Of a stretch of 60,281 nucleotides of DNA, positions 39,041-50,373 are shown piece by piece. The DNA lies in contig CAZSIC010000006.1 of the NCBI GenBank assembly GCA_964606845.1, positions 1-60,281 of the forward strand. Reading direction: 5' to 3'. The DNA is from an uncultured Bacteroidales bacterium (lineage in GTDB: Bacteria > Bacteroidota > Bacteroidia > Bacteroidales > UBA12077). The translations under genes and the position numbers were made by a program. The notes under the pieces are model-generated. The model did not search any database. It was not told where the DNA came from and saw nothing but the letters and a program-made list of their open reading frames with translations. Each line of letters starts with the position of its first letter. Position 1 is the stretch's first letter.

Positions 39041-42000
39041 TTATTCTTTTTTAATAATCGATAAAATAGTTTTCTTTATCTGAACCTTATTTAAAACAAC
39101 ATAAAGTAGGTTATTGGTAAGGATTAAGTATAGCAAAAGATTGATAACCCATAGCATGATTACATTAAAATGAAAAGTATCATATATTGAATTAACCCAC
39201 ATTTTTTGTGCTGAGAAAAATGGTGCCCTGCCTAGTGGATCATCAGGTGTAATATAAAGTGGTTCATACGTTCTTATTATGTTATCTTCTGTTTTAATAA
39301 ATTTTTCTCTTCTATCTCTTCTTAAAACCAAATCTTTAATAGCATAATTTAAATTATTGTTTTTAAAATCATTATAATCATCAAAACTTCCTTTTTTAAC
39401 AATTAAATCCAGGGTAATCTGATCTTTCTCAGCAAGGATTTTATCCAACAAATCTGAAAAATAATACTTGTATTGTTCAAGAAAATTCTGCAATAAAACA
39501 ATTTGCTGATTTAATGATTCTGTATTTCTAATTTTGGTAATGTTTTCAGTAATATCATAATATATTTCATTACCGTTATCCAGTTCTGTTAATATAAATT
39601 CTATTTTATCAACCGCATATATACTGTCTTGTCTATTATCATGTAGTTGAATACAATCATTTAACATTGAGCTTAATTCAGGAACCCAGTAATTTAACCT
39701 GTAGGAAATATTGCTTTCAATTTTATCGATTGTAAAATAATGCTTTTCAAATGCATTGTTTTTAAACTGCAATACTGCTAATGCTTCAAAAGCCCAGCGT
39801 GAGGGAATCATATCTGCCACTATGGGTGGGTATGTTTTGGGTGTTAACCTACTGTTAAACTGATCGAATTTGATAATTGAACCACTTAAAAGTATTTGCG
39901 GAATAATTAAAAAAGGAATTAAAATATAAATAGTTATGGTTGATTTAAAGCCGGAGGAAATAATTAATCCCATCAAGTTGGCCGAACATGCCACAGAGAA
40001 AAGAATAATCCAAAAATAAAAATTTAATGATTTTATTTCAAGCAAAAAATTTCCGATATAAACATACAAAAGAGTTTGAATTGCAGATACAACAAACAAA
40101 AACACTATTTTTGAATTAATGTAGCTTACTTTACTAAGGTTAAGAAACTTTTCTCTTTTCAAAATTTTATGATCGCTGATTATTTCTTTTGCACTGATAA
40201 GCAATCCAATAAATAAAGCAACAATGATACTCATTAGCAAATATGCAGGAATATTGACATTTTCGCTAAAAATATATTTATTCGGTTGTCCGGATATTCC
40301 GGCATTATATTTTGAAAAATAACCCAAAATAAAAGCCAGCAAAGGTGCTTCCAGCAAACTAACCCAAATATATTGTTTATTGGATAGTTTAGCTTTTAGA
40401 TTTCGTAAACTAAAAATATTAAATTGTTTAAATGCTGACGGAATAGCAAAATGTATATCTGGTAAAGGCTTTTTTTCAGGTTGCTTTTGCTTTAATGATT
40501 TTTGATTTTCTTTATAGAGTCGGTGCCATTTTTCAGGAGTAATTTTTCGTTTATCGGTAGTGTTTCCGTTTTCATCAATTGTTTTTTCTTCTAAAATTTC
40601 TAAAATAGTTTCAGGTTCTATATTTCCACAAACAGGGCACTCTTTTTCTGATGGGTTAATCTGCTGATTTATAGTCTTAAAATATACAAAAGACTCAAGG
40701 GGATCACCTGTATATGCAATATATCCGCCTTTGTCAATAACAATGAGCTGATCGAGCAGCCGGAATAAATTCGACGAGGGTTGATGAATATTGACTATAA
40801 CCAGTTTTCCTTTTAGCGTTTGTTCTCTTAAAATGTTGATGATTTTTCGTGAATCTATAGATGATAATCCTGATGTAGGTTCATCAACCAGTAATATAGC
40901 AGGTTCTCTCAATAATTCTATTCCAATATTTAATCGTTTCCTTTGTCCACCGCTAATAATCTGGCTCGTTTCGTTACCAACCTTCAAATCTTTGATATGA
41001 TAGAGCTCAAGGTCTTGAAGCATTTTATTAACTTTTTCATCTATTTCACTATTTGTTTTTTTATGAAAACAAAGTTTTGCATTAAAATAAAGGTTTTCGT
41101 ATACAGTTAATTCCTCTAAAAGCAAATCATCTTGTGGCACATATCCAATTATACCTTTCAGTGTATTTTGTACTTTCGGTTCGTGTAAATCATAACCATT
41201 AATAAATACTTTTCCTTTTTGTGGTTTTAGATTGCCATTTAGAATATTTAGCAGCGTAGTTTTACCTGCGCCACTGGTACCAATAATTCCAACCAATAAA
41301 AATGATTCAGTAGAAAAATCAAATGCTTTGATACCTTCATCAGAGTTTTTATACTGGTATTCAATATCGGTTATCTCAAGAATAATTTTTTTAATGTTCT
41401 CATCTTGAAAGTATTTCATCCCTACTTCGGTGTAATAAACAGGTTTTAATTTTAAATTGTGTAAACCCATTTTATAACTTGAAATGGAATGTCCCTTTTG
41501 CAGGGCATAAATAGTATCGGGTACAATTTCTTTTTCGTTTAAAAAAAGTTGGTCAGAGCCCTTGTAATAAAACAAAAAATGGGAAATTGTCTTAATATAG
41601 AGAATACAAATATACCCGGAAAGATTTTCGCGATAAATTTGCTTGTAGGGAAATGAACTTCTTTGCTCTTTCCCGTTAATAATTAACACTTGTTCTTTAT
41701 CAGGTACATTTTCCCAATAGTTTAAAATAAAATGTTTCAGATTATAAAATTCTGCCTGTTTTATATGAAATGAAATAGCTACTGTTTCAACAAAATCATA
41801 CTCTTCTGCCAGGATATATTTTTTACTCTTTAAGATTTTAAATAAAAAGATTAATAACCAGTATTTCTCGTCAAGGGTGAGTTGTTGATTTATATTATTA
41901 ATTAGACCAATTGCTTTAACTGCATTGATAGTTAGGTTTTTGTAATAATTTTTTTCTTCTTCTGGCCCTTGTGAAATATAAAAATCGAACATATTTAAAT

Positions 42001-42142
42001 AGGGTTCGATATTCAGCTCTTTCGTGTGTTTTTTTAAAAAATCTTTAATGAATAACCTTATTTGATTTAACGATTGATTAAGATCAAATTGGCAAAATAC
42101 TGAAAACAATTTTATTACTTGTTTTAACGTTGGCTCAGTCAT
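39041..42142 (-). CDS. ABCG-like fused ABC transporter (N-terminal extension + NBD + ABC-2 TMD + extracytoplasmic domain)
   Basis: Walker A GTSGAGKT, GYVPQDD, ISGGQRKR, DEPTSGL, NIHQP, CPVC insert, six TM helices with PQILLSG and SRWAFEAL, final TM. Confidence 0.88.
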   Translation of the reverse strand: MTEPTLKQVIKLFSVFCQFDLNQSLNQIRLFIKDFLKKHTKELNIEPYLNMFDFYISQGPEEEKNYYKNLTINAVKAIGLINNINQQLTLDEKYWLLIFLFKILKSKKYILAEEYDFVETVAISFHIKQAEFYNLKHFILNYWENVPDKEQVLIINGKEQRSSFPYKQIYRENLSGYICILYIKTISHFLFYYKGSDQLFLNEKEIVPDTIYALQKGHSISSYKMGLHNLKLKPVYYTEVGMKYFQDENIKKIILEITDIEYQYKNSDEGIKAFDFSTESFLLVGIIGTSGAGKTTLLNILNGNLKPQKGKVFINGYDLHEPKVQNTLKGIIGYVPQDDLLLEELTVYENLYFNAKLCFHKKTNSEIDEKVNKMLQDLELYHIKDLKVGNETSQIISGGQRKRLNIGIELLREPAILLVDEPTSGLSSIDSRKIINILREQTLKGKLVIVNIHQPSSNLFRLLDQLIVIDKGGYIAYTGDPLESFVYFKTINQQINPSEKECPVCGNIEPETILEILEEKTIDENGNTTDKRKITPEKWHRLYKENQKSLKQKQPEKKPLPDIHFAIPSAFKQFNIFSLRNLKAKLSNKQYIWVSLLEAPLLAFILGYFSKYNAGISGQPNKYIFSENVNIPAYLLMSIIVALFIGLLISAKEIISDHKILKREKFLNLSKVSYINSKIVFLFVVSAIQTLLYVYIGNFLLEIKSLNFYFWIILFSVACSANLMGLIISSGFKSTITIYILIPFLIIPQILLSGSIIKFDQFNSRLTPKTYPPIVADMIPSRWAFEALAVLQFKNNAFEKHYFTIDKIESNISYRLNYWVPELSSMLNDCIQLHDNRQDSIYAVDKIEFILTELDNGNEIYYDITENITKIRNTESLNQQIVLLQNFLEQYKYYFSDLLDKILAEKDQITLDLIVKKGSFDDYNDFKNNNLNYAIKDLVLRRDRREKFIKTEDNIIRTYEPLYITPDDPLGRAPFFSAQKMWVNSIYDTFHFNVIMLWVINLLLYLILTNNLLYVVLNKVQIKKTILSIIKKE

Positions 42143-42284
42143 AGCAATATAATATAAAGAGTAATATATAACTAAAAATGAAATTACAATAAGATTCTAC
42201 CCGATTATTGCAACAAAAGTTACAATAATAAGTGTTGTAAAACCAAATAATGTTATACTTTTATCACAAAATAATAATTTTTCT

Positions 42285-42677
42285 ATGATCAAATCAAAAC
42301 AACTCCTAATTGTAGAAGATGAAGTTTCTATAAGAAAATTTTTCCGTGAAATTTTTGATGATTATTGCGATGTTGAACTGGCAGCCAATGGAAAAGAAGC
42401 TTACAAGCTACTTAAAAAAATAGTGCCCGATATCATCATCCTGGATATTATGATGCCTGAAGTAAGTGGTTTTGATGTATTGAAAACGATACGAAAGGAT
42501 GAAAAATTTAACAGAACCATTATCATCATAGTTACTGCTTTAAATGACATGGAAACCAAAAGAAAGGCAATAAAAGAAGGAGCTGATGATGTGGTGCATA
42601 AACCCTTTAATATTAGCGATATCAGAACTAAAGTACAACTTATGTTCCGGTTAAGAGACCGCTTATTAGATAAATAA
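42285..42677 (+). CDS. Single-domain response regulator
   Basis: IVEDE, ILDIMMP, VTA, HKPF. Confidence 0.92.
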   Translation: MIKSKQLLIVEDEVSIRKFFREIFDDYCDVELAANGKEAYKLLKKIVPDIIILDIMMPEVSGFDVLKTIRKDEKFNRTIIIIVTALNDMETKRKAIKEGADDVVHKPFNISDIRTKVQLMFRLRDRLLDK

Positions 42678-42728
42678 TTATATACATATTTTTTCCTTTT
42701 CCGGATTTTGTATTTAAATACTAACTCA

Positions 42729-45653
42729 ATGCTAAATCAACTCAAATCACTTGCAAAACAGCTTAATGGCGACTTATATACCGATTTAAAATCCCGATTA
42801 TTATATGCAACCGATGCTTCGGCATACCGCGAAATTCCAATAGCTGTGGTGCGCCCAAAGGATAAAAATGATTTATTTAAGCTGGTTGATTTTGCCAACA
42901 AACATAAAACATCAATCATCCCTCGTACAGCAGGAACTTCTTTAGCCGGTCAGGTGGTAGGGAACGGAATCGTAGTGGATATTTCAAGATATTTTACAAA
43001 AATTATTGAACTAAATACTGAAGAGCGATGGGTACGGGTTCAGCCAGGCGTAATTTTAGATGAGCTGAATATGTACCTGAAACCCTATGGTTTATTTTTT
43101 GGACCCGAAACATCTACCTCAAATCGCTGTATGATTGGCGGTATGGTAGGAAATAACGCTTGTGGTTCGCATTCCATCATTTATGGTACAACCAGGCATC
43201 ATACCCTGTCGACAAAAGTCATCCTAAGCGATGGACATGAAGCAGCATTTAAACCTTTAACCAAAAATGAATTTAAAGAAAAACGAAAAGGCGAATCTTT
43301 AGAAAATAAAATTTATCAACAGATTTACAAGCAATTATCGAAGCCCGAAGTTCAGAAAGAGATTCGAAATGAATATCCTGACCCTTCCATTTACCGCCGT
43401 AATACGGGTTATGCTATTGATGTGCTGCTTGAATCGGAAGTTTTTTCCGATACCGATATCCCTTTTAACTTTTCAAATTTGATTTGCGGCTCCGAAGGCA
43501 CACTGGGTATTATAACCGAAATAAAACTCAACCTGGTTGATATCCCGCCCCAAGAGACTGGTGTAGTAGCGGCGCATTTTAAAAGCAAAGAAGAAGCTTT
43601 TAAAGCCAATCTGGTGGCATTGAAACATCAGCCGGGAGCAGTAGAGATGATGGATAAGACCATCCTTAACTTAACCAAAGATAATCGTGAGCAGCAAAAA
43701 AACCGGTTTTTTGTACAAGGAGAGCCCGGTGCCATTCTAATTATCGAATTTGCCCGGCATACACCCGAAGAGGTTGAAGAAAGTTGTTACAAGCTGATAG
43801 AAAGCTTAAAAGAGGCAGGTTTGGGTTATTATTATCCTGTCATTACTAATAATGATACCCAAAAAGTATGGGCTTTGCGAAAAGCAGGATTAGGTGTATT
43901 ATCCAACATGGAAGGCGATGCCCGGCCGGTTTCGGTTATTGAAGATACAGCAGTAAATGTAGAGGTTTTACCTGATTACATGGCGGATTTTCAAAAAATT
44001 CTGGATGAATATAACATCGAATGTGTGTATCATGCACATATTGGTTCCGGAGAATTACACTTGCGACCGGTATTAAATTTAAAAAATCCTAAAGATGTGG
44101 AATTGTTCCGGACTCTCGGACTGGAGATTGCCCATTTGGTAAAGAAATATAAAGGTTCGCTGAGTGGAGAACATGGCGATGGCAGGGTGCGTGGCGAATT
44201 TATCCCCATGATTATTGGTGAAAAAAATTATACATTACTGCAGGAGTTAAAATCGGTTTGGGACCCCAATCATATTTTCAATCCCGGAAAAATTGTGAAT
44301 GTTCCTTCCATGATTTCCGATTTGCGATACCAGCCCGGCAGAAAAGAGCCTGAAATTAATACCATTTTTGATTTTTCAGCTGTTGGAGGTATTGTTCGTG
44401 CAACAGAGAAATGCAATGGCAGCGGTGACTGCCGGAAAACTGAACTTTCGGGCGGTACCATGTGCCCAAGTTATATGGCTACACGTAACGAAACGGACGT
44501 TACCCGTGCCCGAGCTAATATTTTACGTGAATTTCTGACCCATTCGCCCAAAAAAAATCCGTTCGACCATCCTGAAATTAAAGAGGTGATGGATTTGTGT
44601 CTTTCGTGTAAAGCCTGTAAGTCAGAATGCCCCTCGAATGTCGATGTGGCAAAGCTTAAAGCCGAATTCTTGCAACATTATTACGATGCGCATGGTATCC
44701 CTTTACGTTCAAGGCTTATTGCCTATATTACCGAAATAAATAAATTAGCATCTATCTGGCCGGGACTTTATAATTTTTTGATGGGTAACCGCACCCTTTC
44801 CTCGGTTATTTTAAGAATGATTGGTTTTGCTCCCCGGCGAAGCATGCCTTTACTGACCCGGCAAACCCTCAAAAAATGGATGAAATCGTATATAAAATCA
44901 TTAACACCTGATAATGGTTACAAGAGTAAAATATATTTATTTAATGATGAATTTACCAATTACAATGATACGGATATTGGAATAAAAACGGTTCAGCTGT
45001 TAAGCCGGTTAGGCTACGAAGTGGTTATTCCCCAACATATAGACAGCGGACGTACCTATTTATCTAAAGGTTTACTCAGGAAAGCAAAAAATATTGCTAT
45101 ACAGAATGTTAACTATTTAAAAAAAATCATTACCGAGGATACTCCTTTGTTGGGTATTGAGCCTTCGGCCATTTTAACTTTTCGTGATGAATATCCCGAC
45201 TTAGTGGGAAGCGAATTAAAAGAAACCGCCATAAATCTTGGAAAAAATGCTTTAATGGTCGATGAATTTTTAAAGAAAGAAATAGAAAAAGGAAGTATTA
45301 CCCAGGCACAGTTTACAAAAGCGAAGAAACATATCAAATTACATGGGCATTGCCAGCAAAAGGCAGTTGCTTCCACCGCGGATACCCTGTTCTTATTATC
45401 TTTTCCTGAAAATTATACTTCAGAAGAGATCCCTTCAGGATGTTGCGGAATGGCAGGTTCATTCGGTTTTGAAAAAGAACATTACGATGTATCGATGAAA
45501 ATTGGCGAAATGGTATTATTTCCTGCTGTTCGAAGTGCCAGAAAAGAAACACTGATAGCTGCTCCCGGTACCAGTTGCCGCCATCAGATTAAAGACGGTA
45601 CCGGCCGAAAAGCCTTCCATCCAATGGAAATACTTTATGATGCGTTACTATAA
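42729..45653 (+). CDS. FAD-linked oxidase with 4Fe-4S and CCG domains (YdiJ / D-2-hydroxyacid dehydrogenase-like)
   Basis: YATDAS, RTAGTSLAGQ, GSEGTLG, SGEHGDG, CNGSGDC, CLSCKACKSECP, HGHC, CCGMAGSFG. ATG 42729 preferred. Confidence 0.92.
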   Translation: MLNQLKSLAKQLNGDLYTDLKSRLLYATDASAYREIPIAVVRPKDKNDLFKLVDFANKHKTSIIPRTAGTSLAGQVVGNGIVVDISRYFTKIIELNTEERWVRVQPGVILDELNMYLKPYGLFFGPETSTSNRCMIGGMVGNNACGSHSIIYGTTRHHTLSTKVILSDGHEAAFKPLTKNEFKEKRKGESLENKIYQQIYKQLSKPEVQKEIRNEYPDPSIYRRNTGYAIDVLLESEVFSDTDIPFNFSNLICGSEGTLGIITEIKLNLVDIPPQETGVVAAHFKSKEEAFKANLVALKHQPGAVEMMDKTILNLTKDNREQQKNRFFVQGEPGAILIIEFARHTPEEVEESCYKLIESLKEAGLGYYYPVITNNDTQKVWALRKAGLGVLSNMEGDARPVSVIEDTAVNVEVLPDYMADFQKILDEYNIECVYHAHIGSGELHLRPVLNLKNPKDVELFRTLGLEIAHLVKKYKGSLSGEHGDGRVRGEFIPMIIGEKNYTLLQELKSVWDPNHIFNPGKIVNVPSMISDLRYQPGRKEPEINTIFDFSAVGGIVRATEKCNGSGDCRKTELSGGTMCPSYMATRNETDVTRARANILREFLTHSPKKNPFDHPEIKEVMDLCLSCKACKSECPSNVDVAKLKAEFLQHYYDAHGIPLRSRLIAYITEINKLASIWPGLYNFLMGNRTLSSVILRMIGFAPRRSMPLLTRQTLKKWMKSYIKSLTPDNGYKSKIYLFNDEFTNYNDTDIGIKTVQLLSRLGYEVVIPQHIDSGRTYLSKGLLRKAKNIAIQNVNYLKKIITEDTPLLGIEPSAILTFRDEYPDLVGSELKETAINLGKNALMVDEFLKKEIEKGSITQAQFTKAKKHIKLHGHCQQKAVASTADTLFLLSFPENYTSEEIPSGCCGMAGSFGFEKEHYDVSMKIGEMVLFPAVRSARKETLIAAPGTSCRHQIKDGTGRKAFHPMEILYDALL

Positions 45654-45844
45654 ATCTTTTTTTTAAACCAAATTATTAATTGAACACACATAATGTACTT
45701 TTTATAAAAGTTTTATAACTCTCACACTTCTGTTATTTATGTTTATTTTAAATAGTACATTAGTTAATTAGGATAAACATCATACAGTTAAGACGCTAAC
45801 TTTCTCATTAAATCATTGTTTTATTCCCTCATTGCATCATTGTA

Positions 45845-48199
45845 TCACTCATACCGAAGCACTTCTGCCGGATTTTTATTGGCTGTAACATATGCATTAA
45901 ACATCACGGTAAGTAATGAAATAGAGACACTTACTATCCCGGATAAAATAAAAACCCAAAGGTTTAAACCCGTTTTATACGGAAACTTCTCGAGCCAGAA
46001 GGTCATTAAATAATAGGCTAAAGGCCAGGCTATAACATTGGCAATCAATACTAAATACAAAAATTCTTTAGAGAATTTTATTAATATATCCCGGATGGTT
46101 GCTCCATAAACTTTACGAATACTAATTTGGCGCATATTCTGTTTTGCCATGTATGATGCAAGTCCATACATTCCAATAGTTCCGATAAGAATCGCTAAAA
46201 AAGCAAATACAGAAAATATTTTACTGAGTTTTTCTTCTTTTTGGTAATGCGCTTCAAAAGCTTCATCCACAAAAGTGTACTCGAAAGGATAACCCGGAGC
46301 AAAATCTCGCCAGACCTCCTGAATATAAGCTATGGTTTTCTTAATATTTTGTGGACGAATCTTAATATTTAATTTGGGTGTCCAGTCCGACCAAACAAAA
46401 ACCAACGGAACAATCTCTTTGTGCAAGGAGTTGAAATGAAAATCTTTCATGACACCAATAACAGTTCTGGGAGTACCTCCCCAGCCTTTTAACTGGTATC
46501 CAATCACCGAATCGGGCGGTATTTGAAATTTTTTCATGGCGGTTTCATTAATCACCCATTTCTCTCCTTTGTCGGTTGGCCTGCCCCAATCATGATTTCT
46601 ACCCTCAACAAACTCTATTCCCAGCAAATCTGCATAATCCGGATCGGTAGGTTGAACACGATACGCCTCATAAATATCTTCATCAACATAGGTTGAAGTA
46701 TGCCTGATATTTCCCGGAATTTGTTGTGAATAAGCTACTTTTAGGATATCGGGATTTTGTAACAATTTTTGTTTTATGGCTTCTTTATTTTTAGCTACAT
46801 CCTTGGGAGTATGAATTACAACAATCTGTTCGGGATTAAACCCCAACCGCGTATTTTTCATGTGAACATACTGTTTATTTACAATAATGGCACCAATAAT
46901 TAATACAACAGAAATGGTAAACTGCAAAACGATAAGTACTTGTTTCAGAATGCTTTTTTTAATTCCGCTTTGAGTTGTTTTAAAAATAGTTAGCGGTGAT
47001 ACTGCGGCCATATATGAAGAAGGATACAAACCAGCTAATAATCCGGTTATTATTGCAATAGAGAATAACCCTAAAGTAACTTGCACTGGAAATTCATTAA
47101 TATGCATTCCTTTGTCAGACAAGTAGTTGAAAATGGGTGATGAAACAAAATATACAATCAATAAACTGACCAGAAAAGCTAGTAAAGCTAAAATCACTGA
47201 TTCAACAATGAATTGAATAAAAACTTTTCTTCTTCCCGAACCCACAATTTTACGTATACTAACCTCTTTAAACCTTGACATTCCGCGGGCAGTAGTAATA
47301 TTTACATAATTTATTCCTGCTATAAATAAAACAATGATAGCAACAATAATAAAAGCCCCAACTACTTTTTTATTGCCATGCACACAGCCCAGTTCATACT
47401 GAATATCACTATTCAGGTATATATCAGAAAATTCACGTAGCCAGAATTGTGGTGGATCTTCTTTTGTCCATCCTCCTTTTTTGCCAATAAAATAGTTGTT
47501 GATTTTATTTTCCAATTGATCGGTATCAATGTTTGGATTTAATAAAAGGTATACCAGATAATTTTGAGGTCCCAAATTGTATAAAAAGGCTTCATTTCCA
47601 CCGCCACGTATATCTTTAAGCGACAGAAAATCAACAATTACATCGTATTGTATATGAAAATCATCACGTTCTTCAATAACTCCTGTGACTGTAAAAACAT
47701 GTTGATTATTATATTTTACGGTTTTACCCACTGGGTCTGTATCTCCAAATATTTTTTGCGCATAGGATTCGGATAAAACCATTGAATAAGGCTGGCTTAA
47801 TAATTCTTTTCGATTACCGGATAAAATTTTTAATGAAAAAATATTAAAAAAATCATTATCAGTAAAGATAAAATTATCTACCGAAAAAAGATTATTCTGG
47901 TAATTTAGTACATTATTTTCCCACGAAAAACCAATTCGGGTGGTATAATCAATCTCAGGAAAATTTTGTTTTACATGTGGCGCTACACCACTGGCCAGTA
48001 ATGACCAATCCTTATGCTCCAGCCGATATATATTATCGTAATGCTTGTTAAATTTATCAAAAGTAAGCTGCTGATATACAAACATAACGATTAAAATACA
48101 AATAGTAAAAGCAATAACTAATCCGGTAAAGTTTATTATCGTAACTCTGCCCGAACGGTACAGGTTACGAATACTTGTTTTTAGATAATTTTTCCACAT
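45845..48199 (-). CDS. MacB/FtsX-type duplicated ABC permease
   Basis: NYVNITTAR...RFKEVSIRKIVGS, LIVLQFTIS, DFHFNSLH, IRKVYGA, NPAEVLRYE. Confidence 0.9.
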   Translation of the reverse strand: MWKNYLKTSIRNLYRSGRVTIINFTGLVIAFTICILIVMFVYQQLTFDKFNKHYDNIYRLEHKDWSLLASGVAPHVKQNFPEIDYTTRIGFSWENNVLNYQNNLFSVDNFIFTDNDFFNIFSLKILSGNRKELLSQPYSMVLSESYAQKIFGDTDPVGKTVKYNNQHVFTVTGVIEERDDFHIQYDVIVDFLSLKDIRGGGNEAFLYNLGPQNYLVYLLLNPNIDTDQLENKINNYFIGKKGGWTKEDPPQFWLREFSDIYLNSDIQYELGCVHGNKKVVGAFIIVAIIVLFIAGINYVNITTARGMSRFKEVSIRKIVGSGRRKVFIQFIVESVILALLAFLVSLLIVYFVSSPIFNYLSDKGMHINEFPVQVTLGLFSIAIITGLLAGLYPSSYMAAVSPLTIFKTTQSGIKKSILKQVLIVLQFTISVVLIIGAIIVNKQYVHMKNTRLGFNPEQIVVIHTPKDVAKNKEAIKQKLLQNPDILKVAYSQQIPGNIRHTSTYVDEDIYEAYRVQPTDPDYADLLGIEFVEGRNHDWGRPTDKGEKWVINETAMKKFQIPPDSVIGYQLKGWGGTPRTVIGVMKDFHFNSLHKEIVPLVFVWSDWTPKLNIKIRPQNIKKTIAYIQEVWRDFAPGYPFEYTFVDEAFEAHYQKEEKLSKIFSVFAFLAILIGTIGMYGLASYMAKQNMRQISIRKVYGATIRDILIKFSKEFLYLVLIANVIAWPLAYYLMTFWLEKFPYKTGLNLWVFILSGIVSVSISLLTVMFNAYVTANKNPAEVLRYE

Positions 48200-48330
48200 A
48201 GTATTTTATTTTACAATTTGATTTAATGACGGATAACTGATTATATTGATGCATGCAAAGTGCAGTTTTCTTTTCGATTTTGACAAAGTTTATGTATTTT
48301 TAATGAATAAATACTATAAAACATTACATC

Positions 48331-48708
48331 ATGAGAATTTTAGGCAACCTTCTTTGGCTGATACTTGGCGGAATTATCACAGCCATTGAATATTTTATCA
48401 GTAGTTTTATTTTAATGATAACCATAATTGGTATTCCTTTCGGACTACAAACGTTAAAAATGGGATTATTGGCGTTGTGGCCGTTTGGCAGAACAACCGT
48501 TCAGCACGAAAGATCGAGTGGTTGCTTGTACATCATTTTTAATATTATATGGATTTTTATTGGAGGAATATGGATTGCACTTACTCACCTGGTTTTTGGA
48601 GTTATTCTCTATATTACTATTATTGGCATTCCGTTCGGTAACCAGCATTTTAAATTGGCTTCGCTGGCATTAACTCCTTTTGGAAGAGATATTGTGGAGA
48701 AAAAGTAA
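48331..48708 (+). CDS. YccF domain inner-membrane protein
   Basis: Two repeats of GN.LW..GG...ITIIGIPFG....K.....L.PFG. Confidence 0.92.
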   Translation: MRILGNLLWLILGGIITAIEYFISSFILMITIIGIPFGLQTLKMGLLALWPFGRTTVQHERSSGCLYIIFNIIWIFIGGIWIALTHLVFGVILYITIIGIPFGNQHFKLASLALTPFGRDIVEKK

Positions 48709-48738
48709 TTTTAGTTTACCAATAAAGCATTTTTTATA

Positions 48739-50268
48739 ATGAACAACACTCTAATTATCATTGAAACACATGGAAAAAACAAAAATTTTTTATTTTTTAA
48801 AGTACTGATTTTATTATTTTTATCATCAATAATCTTATCCTGTAGTTCAGAAAAACAAAAAATTAACACAGGAAAGGTTATTATTGCAGGAAAAATTGAA
48901 GAAGCGCAAAATTTTTCCCGGGTCATTTCGCTGAATCATCCCGGCCTTTACAATCATTGTGGAGACCTTAGCAATGCTATTATCGATACCAACGGGTTTT
49001 TTAAATTCGAATATCAAACAATGTTTCCCCAGGATGTTATGTTGAGATATGAAAATGGTTTCACTAAATTGTTTTTGAAACCAAAAGACAGTGTTTTTGT
49101 AACGCTAAATGCTCAAAAATATCATACAGAAACAAGTCCAGATTATAAGATTTCCGGAACCAATAGTTCTACTTCAAAAGATATTCATAAATATTTATAT
49201 TACAGAAAGTTATTCAATACATTTCAGCCGGATTATACCAATCAATCGGTTAACGAATTTATAGATCAATTAAATCATCGAATCAATAGAGAGGATTCTC
49301 TATTAGCCGAATTTATCCAAGAAAATAATCCCTCCGATGAGTTTATACAATGGGCCAATAAAACCATTACTTATGAGTATGCCAATTACCTGGTAGATTT
49401 TAAATGGTATTGTGAAGATAATGGATTAGCTATTGACCAAGAGCTATTTGATAAAAAACTATTTCCGGTCAATGACGATGATGCTATCATTACTTCATGG
49501 TATCACTACCATTTAAAACACTATTCTAATAAGTATTTTCAAGAAAACAGTGTAGTGATTAACCTTTTAAAAGATAATCAATTGGCAGATGCAAACCGTA
49601 TAGTACTTCAAAATATTGTAAAAAATGAAGACTCTGGAGTAAGCCGCGATTTGATGTGTTACTGGATATTAGATAATGTTGGGAAAGAGTCGTTGGATGA
49701 CTTTTTACAACTTTATGAGGAATTGCCTCAATATATTGATAATAACCAACTGAGAAACCTGCTTAGCCAAAGAAAGCAGCAGTTAGAATCCGATAAAGCG
49801 CTTACTCTATCAACATTGGATTCTTACAGGATAAAAGAGGTAGAATTTTCGGAAGACTTTTTCAAAAAACTGGCTGAAAGATTTAAAGATACCATTATAT
49901 ATATCGATATTTGGGCTACCTGGTGCGGCCCTTGTAAAGCTGAAATCCCGCATCTAATCAATTTACACAACGAGTATAAAAATAAGCCTGTTGCATTTGT
50001 AAACATCTGTATTTCCTCTAATAAAAAAGACTGGGAACAGGCTATCGAAGAATTGAATCTGCAAGGTGAAAATTATTTTTTTAACCAGGAACACTCCACG
50101 TTATTAAAAGAAAAGCTAAATAATTTTACAGGCATCCCCAGATATTTGCTTATTGACCAGCATGGAAATATAACAGATGATGATTCGCCCAGGCCTTCTT
50201 CGGGTGATAAAATAAAAAACATTTTCGATAAATTATTGGATAACAATACATCAAAACATATAGATTAA
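48739..50268 (+). CDS. TlpA-family thiol-disulfide oxidoreductase lipoprotein
   Basis: Lipobox ILSC; C-terminal YIDIWATWCGPC, GIPRYLLID, PRPS. Confidence 0.88.
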   Translation: MNNTLIIIETHGKNKNFLFFKVLILLFLSSIILSCSSEKQKINTGKVIIAGKIEEAQNFSRVISLNHPGLYNHCGDLSNAIIDTNGFFKFEYQTMFPQDVMLRYENGFTKLFLKPKDSVFVTLNAQKYHTETSPDYKISGTNSSTSKDIHKYLYYRKLFNTFQPDYTNQSVNEFIDQLNHRINREDSLLAEFIQENNPSDEFIQWANKTITYEYANYLVDFKWYCEDNGLAIDQELFDKKLFPVNDDDAIITSWYHYHLKHYSNKYFQENSVVINLLKDNQLADANRIVLQNIVKNEDSGVSRDLMCYWILDNVGKESLDDFLQLYEELPQYIDNNQLRNLLSQRKQQLESDKALTLSTLDSYRIKEVEFSEDFFKKLAERFKDTIIYIDIWATWCGPCKAEIPHLINLHNEYKNKPVAFVNICISSNKKDWEQAIEELNLQGENYFFNQEHSTLLKEKLNNFTGIPRYLLIDQHGNITDDDSPRPSSGDKIKNIFDKLLDNNTSKHID

Positions 50269-50373
50269 TATAATACGATAATATAACACCTCCTTATTTA
50301 AAAAGATTAATTATTAAATAAGAAAGCTATTTTTAAGTAAATTTGTATTAATTTATAATATCTAACCATAGTC

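Noticed and set aside
48770-48808. Possible poly-A frameshift at the TlpA gene start (out-of-frame ATG 48770; one extra A would give MEKNKNFLFF...LSC)
   Set aside because: An in-frame ATG at 48739 already gives an intact ORF with a lipobox, and an A6 run is too common here to claim phase variation.
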